NCBI RefSeq assembly: GCF_009914755.1
Contig: NC_060927.1
DNA from: the human T2T-CHM13v2.0 reference genome, Homo sapiens
Reading direction: 5' to 3' (one strand)
Length of the DNA: 64,000 nt
Shown: positions 35,342 to 61,816 of the stretch, one piece after another
Layout of the letters: the number at the start of each line of letters is the position of its first letter
Numbering within the stretch: the first letter of the stretch is position 1
The notes under the pieces: model-generated
What the model was told of the DNA's origin: nothing
Seen by the model: only the letters and a program-made list of their open reading frames with translations
Databases searched by the model: none
Position numbers and translations under genes: made by a program

Positions 35342-35694
35342 CTATAAAAAGGAATGAATTAGTGGCATTTGCAGCAACCTGGATGAGAATGGAGACTATT
35401 ATTCTAAGTGAAGTAACCCAGGAATGAAAAACCAAACATTGTATGTTCTCACTCATAAGTGGGAGCTAAGCTATGAGGATGCAAACGCATAAGAATGACA
35501 CAATGGATTTTGGGGGTCAGAGGGAAAGTGTGGGAAGGGGCCAAGGGATAAAAGACTACAAATTGTGTGCAGTGTATACTGCTCAGGTGATGGGTGAACC
35601 AAAATCTCACAAATCACCACTAAATAACTTATTCATGTAACCAAACACCACCTGTTCCCCAATAACCTATGGAAATAAAAAAAATTAAAAAATT

Positions 35695-35849
35695 GGCCAG
35701 GCATGGTGGCATGTGCCTGTAGTCCCAGGTACTCAGGAGGCTGAGGCAAGAGAATCGCTTGAACCTGGGAGGTGAAGGCTGCAGGGAGCCGAGATCTCCA
35801 GCCTGGGCGACAGAGCAAGATTCTGTCTCAAAAACAAACAAACAAAAAG
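35695..35849 (+). mobile_element. Alu right-arm fragment
   Basis: ggccaggcatggtggcatgtgcctgtagtccc...tctcaaaaac. Confidence 0.85.
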
Positions 35850-35920
35850 ACTAATGTTTCTACTTTTGATATCAGCATAGTAATAAAAGAACAAACAGCT
35901 TATAAAATCATTCTCAAGTC

Positions 35921-35926
35921 TTTAAT
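35921..35926 (-). terminator. Probable distal poly(A) signal of XRN1 (ATTAAA)
   Basis: Plus strand tttaat; on the minus strand a GU/U-rich tract (gctgtttgttctttt) follows ~20-40 nt downstream. Confidence 0.7.
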
Positions 35927-38496
35927 TAAAATCCATAGAGCATTTAACATGAACAGATGTTTAAACTCTTTCAGTGACTCTCATATTTTAAAATCCTTTG
36001 CACAGCATCGTGAGGCTAACTTCATGCTAGAAATCTACGGATAACGTAACACCACAAAAATACATTCGGAGTCCATTCCAATGCAAGTTTAAAACACTTT
36101 AATTGGCAGACAATGTAAAGATATTTAAAATCAAAAATTACAAAATGAGCACATAAAAGTCTTCCCTTTTGAATTTTTAATAAAATACTTCTCTGTATAA
36201 GATCTAATGAAAAATTCCAGTTACTTATAAAATAGTTGAGAAATCAATTAAGATATGTATCTATATATGTATGAATTACACTTTTGTTTAAATGAACAAA
36301 ATGTTGAACACTTCAATGACAGCACAGCATCTATTACTCACATTAAACTAGATGAAAATACTCAAAGAAGCAGTTGGATACAGGCAAAAGAAAATATGAT
36401 ACTTAAAGCCAAAAGACAAAAAAATCCAAAAAACGAAAACAACCTCCCCATCCCCCACCAAACCCTTAACTGTAAGGGAAAGAAAGGAAGAGAGAACTTA
36501 AAGCTAACTATGGACCAAATTCTCATTCTTTTTAATGAGAAACAGCATGAGAATTTGGCTTCAAATTACTAAAACAGCTACAGAAACCTATTTGGCCTGG
36601 ACAATTTAATAGTATACCAACTGCTGAAACAACCAAGTGCAGTTGGTGTACGGCTGGAGGGAAAAAAAAAAAGACTTTTTACAGGTTTAACTTTGTAAAA
36701 AAATGTATCTTTTGGAAACCATAGTCTCCTTCACAAATTGCACTTGAGATGGCTGAATGCATTGATTGAGCAAGGCATTATTATTTGTTCACTGACACAC
36801 ACACAAAAGCAGCTACAGATAGTTGACATTTTGGACTACTAAAACTATTTTATACATGTTTTTCTTCTTTAAGAAAAGGATCTATGATGTCTGTGAAACT
36901 TAACGGCCTGTCTGCTCTGCCATGTTTCTGGAGACTTGATGCTGGTTCAACACTATCTCTTACTGTATTGGAGAAGTTTGATGGAAATATGAATAAAGTC
37001 AGTCCGAACGACATTAATTTCTGGAATTTTAAGCTTTATCTTGACTAGGAAAGGAAGCTCCTGCAAAACTGATGGTTTCACTGACAAAGCTTACAAAATG
37101 TATATACTGAGCACTGCCAGTTTGAGTACTATAATTTATCTCTAGAAAAATGACAAATGAACTTCTGCAATTGATTTTTAAAGACAGAGAACGACTTTCA
37201 CAGCCACTTCTCTACAATAAATTAATTGTCTTCTACAGTAAAAACAAAATTTGGAAGCAACATGATACCAAGAAATACAGCAAGCTCATAAGGCTGAGAA
37301 ATTGTACAGTTGCTTTAAAAAACTGTGCTCTAAATAATGGGAAGAAGCGTGACAGAACTAACTTGAGTGAAGATCTGCACAGCTCTATCTCATATAATAA
37401 AAGTAAAAATTAGACAACCACTATAAACAGTTATGACTAACACAAATAGAACACATAAATAAAAAGTGAGTAAAAAAGACCTTACAGTTTATCTATTTCC
37501 TTGTGCTAGAAAGATACGGTATAGTCCAAAAATGCAGTGACTGGGTATGTCTTATTTAACTGTTTTTCTTCTTCCATCTGCCTCCCTCTCTCTGCCTCCT
37601 CTCATTAAAACCAAGAATCTAGCTTAGTTTGGAAGTAGCAGTCTAAAATGAAAGCAGGTACCTGATCATAGAAAGAAACAATAAAAAAACTTGCATCAAT
37701 AGTTCTTCATTCCTCCACCAATCGGGAAAAAAACCCTTCAATCTTTATTAGTTACCCCTTTGAAAAGCAAGAAAAATCTTAAATTGAAACCAAGGTTCAG
37801 TAGAGGTGACTTTAATTTTTTTCTGCAACTACAACTGAGTCTTAGATGTTTAAGACTTTAGTCTACATGATGTTTAAATCAATTAATACATTCAAATTCT
37901 AACGCTGAGGTAATTATTAGGTAATGCAGGAAAATGTGAAAAGGAACGAGACTGGAAGGAGCAATCTTCAAAATTCACTTAAGTTGCTCAAAAAAGAAAA
38001 AACTTATTGAATAGAAATATTTAGAAATAATGTTTCAGTTAGGAGACAAAGGCTTAAATAGATTGAAGTGCTCTAGTTATGTGGAAGCATAAAGCAATTT
38101 GGGGAATCTGTCCTATGCCCTAAACAGTCCACCATTTTCACAAAAAGTCCTCAGAAGATTCAAGTTGAATGAGCATATTTTTAAACTTTGGGGGTGGTCT
38201 TAGTCCACCCCATCTCAAAGAGAGAATTTTAAATTTCTTGAAGTCCAACTGCTTTTCAGATATACTCTAAATTCCAGGTCTATCAACAGATTGTTTCCTC
38301 AACATGGGGCAGAAATGGCCTCTGCTTCTTACATCCTCCATAGGGAGGGCACATCTCCCATTGACCTCAGGCCCACATTTAGAATGGGTCTACAGGGGGA
38401 AAAGAATAGAGAATGCCTGACCACTATCCAGCCATTATGGAGCTCTCTCCTATCTTAATCTCTTCTCAGTTTTGACCTTTAGAATAATAATGTTAA

Positions 38497-38810
<314 letters not shown>

Positions 38811-40559
38811 GAAAATAAAACTCTTTCACTGCCTATCTGTATAGAACTGTCAGCTTGCTGTGCTCAAATATTGGTCAAGTATCCTTATGGGTTTAGTGCA
38901 CTATGTCTACTGAAATTTCCCTTTGGAGTTTTCAGAAGATGGCAGGTGCCGCTTCTTCTATGCTCTAAAACAGATGTGAGCTGCATGCTATTTATATAAC
39001 TGTCACACAGGAGTAATGAGTGAGGCAAATTCTCAATGCTGGAGTTTGTACAGCTGAGGTGAAACATTTCACACTTTAAAGTAGGAAGAGGTTAATATAA
39101 CATTACTGTCACAATTTAACTTTTCTTTGTATTACCATAATAGATGTTTCCTTTAAAAACAAAGAGAGAGTTTATGAGGCAATAATTATACACATTGAGG
39201 ATTTACTTGAGCCTCATTACTCAAGATCCCACTACAGATAAAGAAACAATGTTGGGAACTGATAAACATCTGAACTTATGAAAATAACAGAAAATAAAAT
39301 CATGGAAACTTATACGACTATGATAAATGACAGATAATGAATATTTCTCTCTTATACTGAAGGCACTGCTAATACACAAATATCCTGCTAACATTTAAAC
39401 TCTGAAATCAGCAGTTAGTGAAAGGAGTCCATTTAGTTTAATACCAGCATTTTAAAAAACAAGTAAGACTACTTTAAGAGTCATGGCAGAGTTTCCAATG
39501 AGTTACATGAAAATCAGATATAACAAGCTGCTCCATATAAAGATTGTGGTTCCTACTTTTAAAAAAGTATGCTATAACTTACTTCCTTAAAAATATAAGC
39601 ATATCACAAAAACTAAAGAATAAATATATATATATATATAAACATAGGCCCTGCTGAGAAATCGTCATAAATTCTAAAATAATTTCAACAGTTACAGCTT
39701 GAACCACACATTCACATATGACATGCAAAGAGAGAATCCCAGCATCATTGAACAGTTCAGCATAAAGCTAAAAATATAGAATCAGAATGAAATAGGCAGT
39801 AAATAATGTATGTCACAAACTGATGACTGTGCCTCCTATATTGTAGCACACCTTGGAACTTAAACAACAATTAGAATTTCTTCAGTCCCAAGAAGCACTA
39901 CATACCGACCAACTATGAAGCTCTCATAAAATGTCAGGTAAGCAAATAAAAAGCTATACAAAATAATACAGTTTATTAATTAACATGACTAATATTTCAT
40001 ATTTTATTTTGTTAGAAGATTAATTTGTAATCATTGTACCCTGTAGATTTTGAAACAATTTTACTAGAAATTACTAATGCTGGTTCTTGAGTAACCTAAA
40101 AAATTGTATTTACTCAAATTTAGAATGCTATTTATAGTTCTAAGCAGTTAGATGAAATATTCTGATTATTCTAAAGTTGCTTTGGTACAAAATTTAGAAT
40201 AAAGCAAAACTGGCAGCACCACAACAAATGTGATCCTTTCACAGCAGGTCTAAAGACCCTCAGAGGCAACAAAGCATAAGTTAAAACACACATAAATAAG
40301 AGCCATTCTCCTGACAATTTTCTTACATCATTAAAAAGAGAAATAAAATCCACATTCAGTAAGTTATACTGGAGGCCCAAATTTCATGCTCCATGTAATT
40401 ATTCCTCAATGATAGTGTAAAAAATGCTTATTATTGCTAACTGATGTCTAATTCATAGTTCAGGATGCTTCAATCATGAGGCCAATGATTAGAGTGGTAC
40501 ATTTTAATGTTTAGTCCACTGATACTGTGATATTATTTTAATGCAAGGTTTAATTTAGT

Positions 40560-40632
40560 TTTTTATTACAGATTTATTGAGGTATAATTGACATACAACA
40601 AACTGCACATACTTAAAGTGCACAATTTGATA
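40560..40632 (-). mobile_element. Short L1M 3'-terminal fragment in the XRN1 3'UTR
   Basis: tttattgaggtataattgacatacaacaaactgcacatacttaaagtgcacaatttgat, typical reverse L1MA/MB terminus. Confidence 0.65.
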
Positions 40633-40803
40633 CACAGTCTTTTAAACAGCATGAAAAGTGCCTGATAACTTAAAAATGAAAAAAATTTCAATTTACACAT
40701 ATTATTTTAAAATAGTACATTCTAATTTTTATGAGACATAGATATGTATTTATAAAAAGGTAGATGGAAAGAGAAGAAATTAACTTAATTCTAAGAGCCA
40801 AAT

Positions 40804-41106
40804 TTACTCAGAAGGTTTAGAAACACCAAAATTAACAGCCAGTTTTCTTGATTTTCTTCTTGAAGAAGAGATTGGTGTTGACTTATGGTGAGATATACTA
40901 TGGCCTTGAGAGGCAGTTTCAACTTGAAAAGAAGATGCAGGTTGAGCAATCGGAGAGGACTTCAAAGAAGCTGATGAGCTCTCCCGTGGACTTACTTTGA
41001 CAATGTTGGAAGAATCTGGCTGGCTAGTCTGAACTGGAGTGGCTTGAGAACTCTGGGCTTCCTTATTCTCAAAGTTCTTTTTGTTTGCAACCCTTTTTTT
41101 AGTAAC
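40804..41106 (-). CDS. XRN1: XRN1 last coding exon (VTKKRVANKK...RRKSRKLAVNFGVSKPSE*), includes the C-terminal EDC4-binding motif region
   Basis: cctaacag|GTTACTAAA; 100 codons to TAA at 40806-40804; C-terminal KLAVNF recognised. Confidence 0.95.
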   Translation of the reverse strand, partial: VTKKRVANKKNFENKEAQSSQATPVQTSQPDSSNIVKVSPRESSSASLKSSPIAQPASSFQVETASQGHSISHHKSTPISSSRRKSRKLAVNFGVSKPSE

Positions 41107-41297
41107 CTGTTAGGAATAAAAGCATCACTAATTAATAATGTAGGCAAAAAATTAGCTAGTGTTGGAAATTACCATAAACCATGCATGCTGTTAATATTTG
41201 TCAATCACAGCTGATCTGTGACTTCCACTTATAATTGCCAAGTAAGACTTTAGTAATTCAAAGGACTTAGTTACAAACAAAATATTTAAAATTCTTG

Positions 41298-41603
41298 GGC
41301 TGTGTGCAGTGGCTCACAACTGTAATATCAGCACTTTGGGAGGCCGAGGCAGGTGGATCGGTAGAGACCTAGGGTTCGAGACCATGGCAAAACCCCATCT
41401 CTACAAAAAAATTACAAAAACTAGACAGGCATGGTGGCACATGCCTGTAGCCTCAGGTACTCGGGAGTCTAAGATGGGAGGATCACTTGAGCCCAGGAAG
41501 TCAAGGCTGCAGGGAGTCGAGATTGTGCATGGGCTGCGTTCCAGCCTGGGCTACAGAGTGAGATCCTTCTCCAAAAAAATGAATAATAATAATAATAATA
41601 AAA
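41298..41603 (+). mobile_element. AluJ-like element in the last XRN1 intron
   Basis: Diverged dimer with (AAT)n tail. Confidence 0.85.
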
Positions 41604-41890
41604 ATACAATTCTTCATAGGTTATTTTGAAAATATTTGTGATTTTATTTATATTACTGATTTTAATCAATCTGTATTAGAATAGCATATTACTTGGTACA
41701 ATTATTGTTTATTAGAACACAAACTCAGAGAGCAGAGACAGGTCAGACTTGTCAACCATTGCCTTCTTACTACCCACACTAGTACTGAACTTCTAGTTGG
41801 CACTGAATAAGTAAACTGAATAAAAAAATGTTTATCAATAGTCTTTCAGCATTAAACAAATAATTATCTTAAAAATATTATTTTTCTTAC

Positions 41891-42051
41891 CTGCAGAGGT
41901 ATAAACTGATTGTGCACACCCCCTGGTATTCCCCCAGCCATGGGCATGGTCCCAGAATATAAAGTATGATGGAAGGGCTTCCCAGGAACTGGCACCGATG
42001 GTCCCCATGGCATTGAGCCAAAGAGATGAGACGACGAAGGCATTATATTAG
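41891..42051 (-). CDS. XRN1: XRN1 penultimate coding exon (ANIMPSSSHLFGSMPWGPSVPVPGKPFHHTLYSGTMPMAGGIPGGVHNQFIPLQ)
   Basis: ttttaacag|CTAATATAATG ... CTGCAG|gtaaga; 161 nt, phase 1/0. Confidence 0.95.
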
Positions 42052-42428
42052 CTGTTAAAAACCAAGGAAAATTTTTCTTTTAGTAAAATGGTATCATCAA
42101 AGCTCTGAAATTTGAGACCTCCTTCTGCTAGCCTTTTTGGGCTTTTTTTTTCCCCTTTGGCAAAAGGCCTACACTTACTTCACCTATAATTACTCTTCCT
42201 TACAACATTCAACCTCAGGATCCTTTCCTAGGACTGTGTGGACTATCTACACAAATGAATTTATCATTATACTGGCCTGAAAAGGAGAATACTACTACTA
42301 ATATCATATGCTGATACAAGTTTTAGGAATATTTGCAATTATATTTATAAAAAAAATAAAAGGGTCATGAAATTGTCCCTTGTGAGAGAAAAGCTTGGGC
42401 ACAAATAGAGAAATCTTAAGGATCTCAC

Positions 42429-42467
42429 CTGCCCCCAATGCATAGTTGCTTCCATAGTGATCCCAGC
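42429..42467 (-). CDS. XRN1: XRN1 39-nt symmetric (skippable) exon (GWDHYGSNYALGA)
   Basis: tttttttgtag|GCTGGGATCAC...GGGGCAG|gtgaga; phase 1/1. Confidence 0.88.
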
Positions 42468-42606
42468 CTACAAAAAAACCAAAAAACCTCAAGTCCTGAA
42501 ATCTCATCACCTTCATATGACAGGTAGAATCTTTCTTTTCTCTATTTTAATATTTGAAGTCAAGGCCTTTTTTCACTTACAGTTTGTTTATTAAAAATGT
42601 AATGAA

Positions 42607-42790
42607 CCAATGGGTGCCAAATCTAATTTGTATATCTGAATCACTTGAGGAGTTTGTGAAATACAGATTCCTGGACAGGGCCTCAGACCTAGTAAGCCAG
42701 ACTCTGAGGGGCCCTGGAGTTTGTATTAAGCTCCATAGGCGATTCTTATGGAGACAGCCTGTACCAGTAGAGCATTTGAAAACTACATTA
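42607..42790. mobile_element. MER5A-like hAT DNA transposon fossil
   Basis: gaatcacttgaggagtttgtgaaatacagattcctgg...ggcgattcttatg...tttgaaaactac. Confidence 0.6.
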
Positions 42791-43043
42791 AACAGTGACA
42801 TTCAAGGCACCAGCACACGCCACTGAAGAAGATATGCACTATGTTCAAATATTCTTTTCATAGAGATAAAAAGCAGCCAGACCTGTAAAACAGTATAGCT
42901 TAATTAAAGTTCAGCTATTTAAGACACTTTTAGGTTAGGAGAGAAGAATCATAATATATTTCAGTGTTATGAAATACACATACACAAATTCTAAGAAGAA
43001 GAAAACTTTTAATATGAAAAACACTAATAAGATTCAGAAAATT

Positions 43044-46208
<3,165 letters not shown>

Positions 46209-47885
46209 GGTACATAAGAAATAAATTTGCGTATCTGAAAATATCTTTGTGTCTCCTTTGTATTAGATTCACAGTTTGGCTATACAGAGAAATTAGGATG
46301 AAACTCATTCTGCCTCAGGGTTTTGAGGTATTCAATGCTTTCTGGCTTCTAGGCACTGTTCAATAGTGCAGTACCATTCTAATTTTTGATCTTTGTACAT
46401 ATTTCTTCTCTGAATCTCTTAGGACCACCTTTTTATCACTAGTATTCAGAATCTGAAGATAATCTGTGTCTTTATTCATTGTGCTCAACATTTGGTGGCT
46501 CTTTTAGAGATGCATATCGTTTTGTTTTAGAAAAGTTTATTATTTTTTTGACACTTACCTCCTTTCCTTCATCTCTGATCTCTTTTTCTGGAACTCTAAT
46601 AAGGTGGGAGCTGGATCTGTGCACTAAGTCTCTGTTCTTTCTTATTTTACAGCTTTTATCTTCCTTGGCTTTGCTAGGACTTTATCTACTAAATTTTAAA
46701 ATTTTACTTAACAATTTTACCTGTACTCTATTCTTTTTTCATCTTCCAATTTCCTATCTGGGGAGAAGGGTATGACTGGCTACAATCTGAGAACAGGATG
46801 AGAAAAAGGGAACTTTTCCTTAATCTCTGTGTTTTCAGTCTCACATTCCATTCTCTTCTCTGCCTGGTATTCCCATATCTAGATAGCTCCTCTAGAAAAC
46901 ACACCTCCAGTTTTTTGCTTGCAGAGGTCTGGCTGCGTCACAGAGGGAAGACGGGGGTAGTCTCACCACTTTGCACATAGACTTTCAACCAATCCCTCTC
47001 TTTTCAGCACATGCCTCCTCTTTATCTTCTCTAATAGTTTCTGATGCCTCCAAGATCTGAACCTCTTGGGAACGGCGAGGGACAATCTACTTATGCTCAT
47101 TTGTAGTCTCTTCTACAGGCACTTTAGCTTGTAGCTTTTAAACTTGCTCTGCTAAAATGGTTACTTCTGCAGTTGTTTTTCTCAACACAAACTCTTTTCA
47201 AATCTCTAATCTGCTGATATTTCTTCTGTCTTCATCCTCACAGATTTACACTTTTGAAATCCTTTATTATTCAGTTTAATGAGAAGAGACAACTGCATGT
47301 CATAAATTTAATCAGTATTATTCACCTTTCTAATGCTTATTGTAAGCATTAGATATTTAGAATTCCTGGAGTATTACCTGGCAGTAGATGCAGAAAAGGG
47401 ATTTTCTAAACTTAAATAAATTATTGGCTTTAAAACAATAATAATTAAGATAAAGGGAAGCCAACTGCTATTAGGAAAAAAAGCTGAGTGATTTAGAAAA
47501 TCTCAGAACTTAAGATTTAGAATTACAAAATGTTAGTCTCAACAAGATTTTGGACATAGTCTACTACCAATAAGAAAATACAGTCCTGAAGAAATTACAT
47601 GATTTTTTTTTTACCTTTTGATGTCTAACTTAAACACAAATTTATCTGTTAGCAGCTACTGGAGAATAAGGGCCTGCCCACTCAACCTCTTCTTACTACT
47701 CTAGCCATACTAGAGGCTGTAGGAAGAGAATGGTACTTTTAGATGAATCTGCAGGCTGTGGCTTTAGGCTTTCTCACAATTTCTTCTTACATTCCTAGAT
47801 ATTTGAGTACATTCTTGATTTCTTAAAAGAGCTTAGTAAAAATAACAACTCAATGACAAATACTTATAAATGAAAAATATCTTAC

Positions 47886-47988
47886 CAGTAGGTGGGGGAA
47901 AGGCTGGAGGAATGGTTCCAGGTGGTACAGCTGAAGGATAATTTGCAAATACTTGTGAAGGCAAAGGGAAATTCATGCCTAAGGAGCC
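47886..47988 (-). CDS. XRN1: XRN1 coding exon, proline-rich (GSLGMNFPLPSQVFANYPSAVPPGTIPPAFPPPT)
   Basis: cttccacag|GGCTCC ... CCTACTG|gtaag; 103 nt, phase 0/1; separated from the previous exon by a 95-nt intron. Confidence 0.95.
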
Positions 47989-48083
47989 CTGTGGAAGTAT
48001 TTAAAAGTTACAAGACAATGCAATACAAGCTTTCTATAGGGACTAATAAAAATTTTAATAGAGAAGTCATGGACAGTTCTTAC

Positions 48084-48197
48084 CAACTGTTGTAAAGCAA
48101 AAAGTGCAGCTTTCTCTTTGGCTTCATTTTCAGAGTGGCACTGTGGCCCATGTACCAGTAAGCCATTAGATAATTTTACTTGGCAAACGGTCATTGT
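48084..48197 (-). CDS. XRN1: XRN1 coding exon (TMTVCQVKLSNGLLVHGPQCHSENEAKEKAALFALQQL)
   Basis: tctctttttttag|ACAATG ... CAGTTG|gtaaga; 114 nt, phase 0/0; matches ORF 47979..48194. Confidence 0.95.
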
Positions 48198-48457
48198 CTA
48201 AAAAAAGAGAATATATATGTCTATGAAATTCTCTGTCTAGGAAGTTGACCTCTCCCAAAGTTTAGTCTAAACAAGTAAAATAATTTTATCAAGAATTTAA
48301 AAAAGGGCTTTCAGTTCAAGTTTTCAATTGCCAGGCAAAAATTTTCGAGTTGTTGCCTTATCTTTTTCAGTGTTTACAAAATAAAAAGCTTTCTAAGCTG
48401 GCTGAAGGGTCAATCCACCTAATGCAAATGAAAGCCAGCAAAACTGTTTTCTTTATA

Positions 48458-48650
48458 CAAGGAGTTGACAAACTATGGAGTTCTGCCTCTTTCTGTAAAT
48501 AAAGTCTTACTGGAACATGGCCACATCCATTCTAATGGCTACTTTCACACTGTAACTGTAGAGTTCGGAAGCTGTGATAGAGACTATCTGGCCCACAAGG
48601 CCTAAAATATTTACTATCTGACTCTTCACAGAAAAAATTTGCTGACTCAT
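48458..48650. mobile_element. MER58A-like DNA transposon fossil
   Basis: gttgacaaactatgg...gtaaataaagtcttactggaaca...cctaaaatatttactatctg...aaaatttgctgactc. Confidence 0.7.
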
Positions 48651-48819
48651 GTTTATACCATCCTTTACTTAGGAGATATTTTGGTAAGATAAGTTAATTG
48701 CCAAAATATAAAAGACTCAGAGATTCTGATGTGTTTTCTACTCATATTTAAATTATAACTATATTATACTTTAATTTTCTGTTTTATAAAAAAGCTTGTT
48801 TTGTTTTGGTTTACCTTAA

Positions 48820-57945
<9,126 letters not shown>

Positions 57946-57991
57946 GTTATTTTTAATAAACAATGGATTAATAAACATATAGGTTTACTTG

Positions 57992-57993
<2 letters not shown>

Positions 57994-58055
<62 letters not shown>

Positions 58056-58339
58056 TCAGAGACAAGGTCTTGCTCTGTTGCCCAGGCTGGAGTGCAATGG
58101 CATAATCGTGGCTCACTGAAGTCCTGACCTCCTGGGCTTCCGTCCTCCTGCCTCAGCCTTGTGAGCAGCTGGGACTACAGGCTCACAACACACATGGCTA
58201 ATTTTATTTTTATATTCTTTTGTAGAGATGAGGTCTTGCTATGTTGCCCAGGCTGGTCTTAAACTCCCAGCCTCAAGCTGTCCTCCCGCCTTGGCCTCCC
58301 AAAGTGCTGAGTTACAGGCATGACCCATTACAACTGGCC
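57994..58339 (-). repeat. (TA)n microsatellite (~57994-58052) forming the tail of an antisense AluJ-like element (58053-58339)
   Basis: Long perfect TA run followed by a reverse Alu. Confidence 0.88.
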
Positions 58340-58715
58340 AATTTTTTTTGTTTTAATTTCAAACACAGTAAATATGGATATAAGTAAACAAAATCTCTTT
58401 GGGGTCCTCCAAAAAAAGTGTGAAGTTTCTGAGACCAAAAAGTTTGAAAATTGCTACTGTAGGCCAAGATCCCTGGCTCTATTAGTTTGAGGAATCTTGC
58501 CAGGATACCTGCTGCCCAGTTCCTCCCTGTCAGCTTCTCTTAGGGCTTTGGTTATGTATAAATATTAGAGCTAGGGTAAGAAGCATAAATCTATGCTGCT
58601 CATAAAGTTAAGAAAAATAGGCCCCATTTTATTTTTTCTAGCTAAACATTTTCAACCAATTTATTTAAGCTTAATGTTAAATAATTTATATAAATAGAAC
58701 AGTAGTATACTATAC

Positions 58716-58897
58716 CTGTGGCATCCTAAGAAAGGAGAAATCAGGTTGTGGCATTCCAACAAGGGAACAAATTCGAGAAAGTTCAGTTACTGGTGTGGAT
58801 ACAGGAGGGATCTGGCTGGGGGCAGGCCAACACATATTGTCCATAGACTGAACATTATGGTACTCATTAGCACTGTGAGGCTTGTTCATATAAGATG
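58716..58897 (-). CDS. XRN1: XRN1 coding exon (ASYMNKPHSANEYHNVQSMDNMCWPAPSQIPPVSTPVTELSRICSLVGMPQPDFSFLRMPQ)
   Basis: tctcttttttggtag|CATCTTATATG ... CCACAG|gtatag; 182 nt, phase 1/0; matches ORF 58710..58904. Confidence 0.95.
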
Positions 58898-60023
58898 CTA
58901 CCAAAAAAGAGAAAAGAGTCTATCTTTATTAATAAAATACTATCTCAAATTATGCACTTATTGTAGGGTTTTATAGAAGAGCAAGCAGGAAACTGCTAAA
59001 AAGTGAAGTGAATTGCTCAAGGCCACCCATTATTAAATAACAGAATCAGGATTTCAGGTGGCTCTAGTTCCAAATCCTGGACTCTAGCAGTACAACCTGC
59101 CATCCAAGTGACTGTCAGCTTACCTTCAGTGGTCCTCTGGCCACGCACCTTATAAATTTGGTCGAAAACCTTGAAAAATTCAGTTAGACGCTATAGAGCC
59201 ACCAACTGCATTAAAAAGATGAGTCTTCCATGAAGCACATATAAACAACTATTTAGTACTTCCTAAAATTATTGTGACTTCAGTAAAGGTTTTTGGATGA
59301 GTATAATTGATTAATGATAAATTATTAAGATAAAGATTTTAAAATATAAGTACCTAACTGCCAAAAATTAAAACCTTGAGCAGCTAATGACTACATGGTA
59401 CTGCTACAGGTAAAATTTGAACAAACAAATGGCTTTCTTGTTTTGCAGAAGTAAGAAGAGAAAAATAAAAGAATGAATAAACAAATGGCTTTCTTGAGCT
59501 GAAATATAATTCATCCTTAAGTTTTGAAGTTTTGGCTTCCACCTCAATTCTTGCAATTCCACCTTACATTCTGAGACACATGGATGAATATTTTTGTGGC
59601 TCTGAAATAATATTTCTTAAAAGTTTTTTTTGAAATTGTCTTCTAAGTGTTTTTATATGGAAGATGATTTTAAAATTCTGAGTGTTCACATTCTTTATGA
59701 TTAACAAACTCACTAATAGAACAAAAGCATACCTCATTGAAGAATTAATCCAAACTTCTTACTAATATAGATTAAAAAAGCAGTTAAGTGGCTTGCTCAA
59801 AGTCACAGAGCCAGTTAGTTCTATAACAGGGGCTGGATTCTGAGCTAGTGACCCTAAGACTCTAAAGCCTATGAGTTTTTTTTTTTTTTTTTCCTATACT
59901 GAAATAAAGTAAAACTTACTTGTTTTTGACAATGGGACCATCTTTATCTAATTTTGTCTTAAAATTAATTTGGTTCTATTTCAGGACCATGTCTGTCACT
60001 ATAATAAATAATCAGGTTCCTAA

Positions 60024-60399
<376 letters not shown>

Positions 60400-60975
60400 A
60401 ATTCCAGGTTTTGATCTTTAATACGCTTAGATCTGCTTATTCCAAAATGTTTTTGACTTCTCTGAGAAACTTCTGCCCACATCCACTTTTGTATCAGTCA
60501 TTCTTCCTGGCTGCCTTTAGTAGATCATTATACAGATAAAATGCTAAAGTATAGAGGACATTCAGGGTAGGAACAAATATGGCGGATATTTACTGAAATC
60601 CAGTTATGTGCCAGATGTTATGCTATAGGCTTTACAGACTTAAGAGTATGACTCACTTTCCTATATCTAACTCTATTAATGATTTTTAATTGATTTTGTA
60701 GATTTTTCTATTTTTACAACAGTTAGGTTATTTTAACATAATATTAATATCAATTATTAGCACCTACAATGTGTTGGACATAGTGCTGTTTTATATTTAT
60801 ACATGTTATATAATTACCACAAGTAATCTGTAATGTATTATTCTTATTTTATAAATAAGAAACAAGATTTCAGAAAAGTTAAATAATGTATTTAAGTTAC
60901 ATGATAATTTTTAAATTACTGAGGACAAAAGCTAGAATGTGCAAACTTTTAAAGGTTTGGATGTCTACAGAATGA

Positions 60976-61560
<585 letters not shown>

Positions 61561-61656
61561 AAAGCAGTTTTATCTTTAAAAGTACATGATTAAAAAGAAC
61601 CAAATGAATTGAATTTTTAAAATGATATTATTGGTAATAGTATTTAGTTTACTTAC

Positions 61657-61816
61657 CTAATTTCTTATTTTGTTTAGGCTGAGAGGGTAATCCATATTCA
61701 TCTCTTCTGTTAGAGGAAACAGGGATTTCATTAGCAATCTGTTTGATTTCATTCTTATGGTCCACAGTGTTAGAGCCATCAATTTTTAGAATTTCTTTAA
61801 GCATCCGTGTTCCCTT
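61657..61816 (-). CDS. XRN1: XRN1 coding exon ((K)GTRMLKEILKIDGSNTVDHKNEIKQIANEIPVSSNRRDEYGLPSQPKQNKKL); tandem acceptor at 61816/61813
   Basis: caaaaag|AAG|GGAACACGGATG ... AAATTAG|gtaagt; 160 or 157 nt, phase 0/1. Confidence 0.93.
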
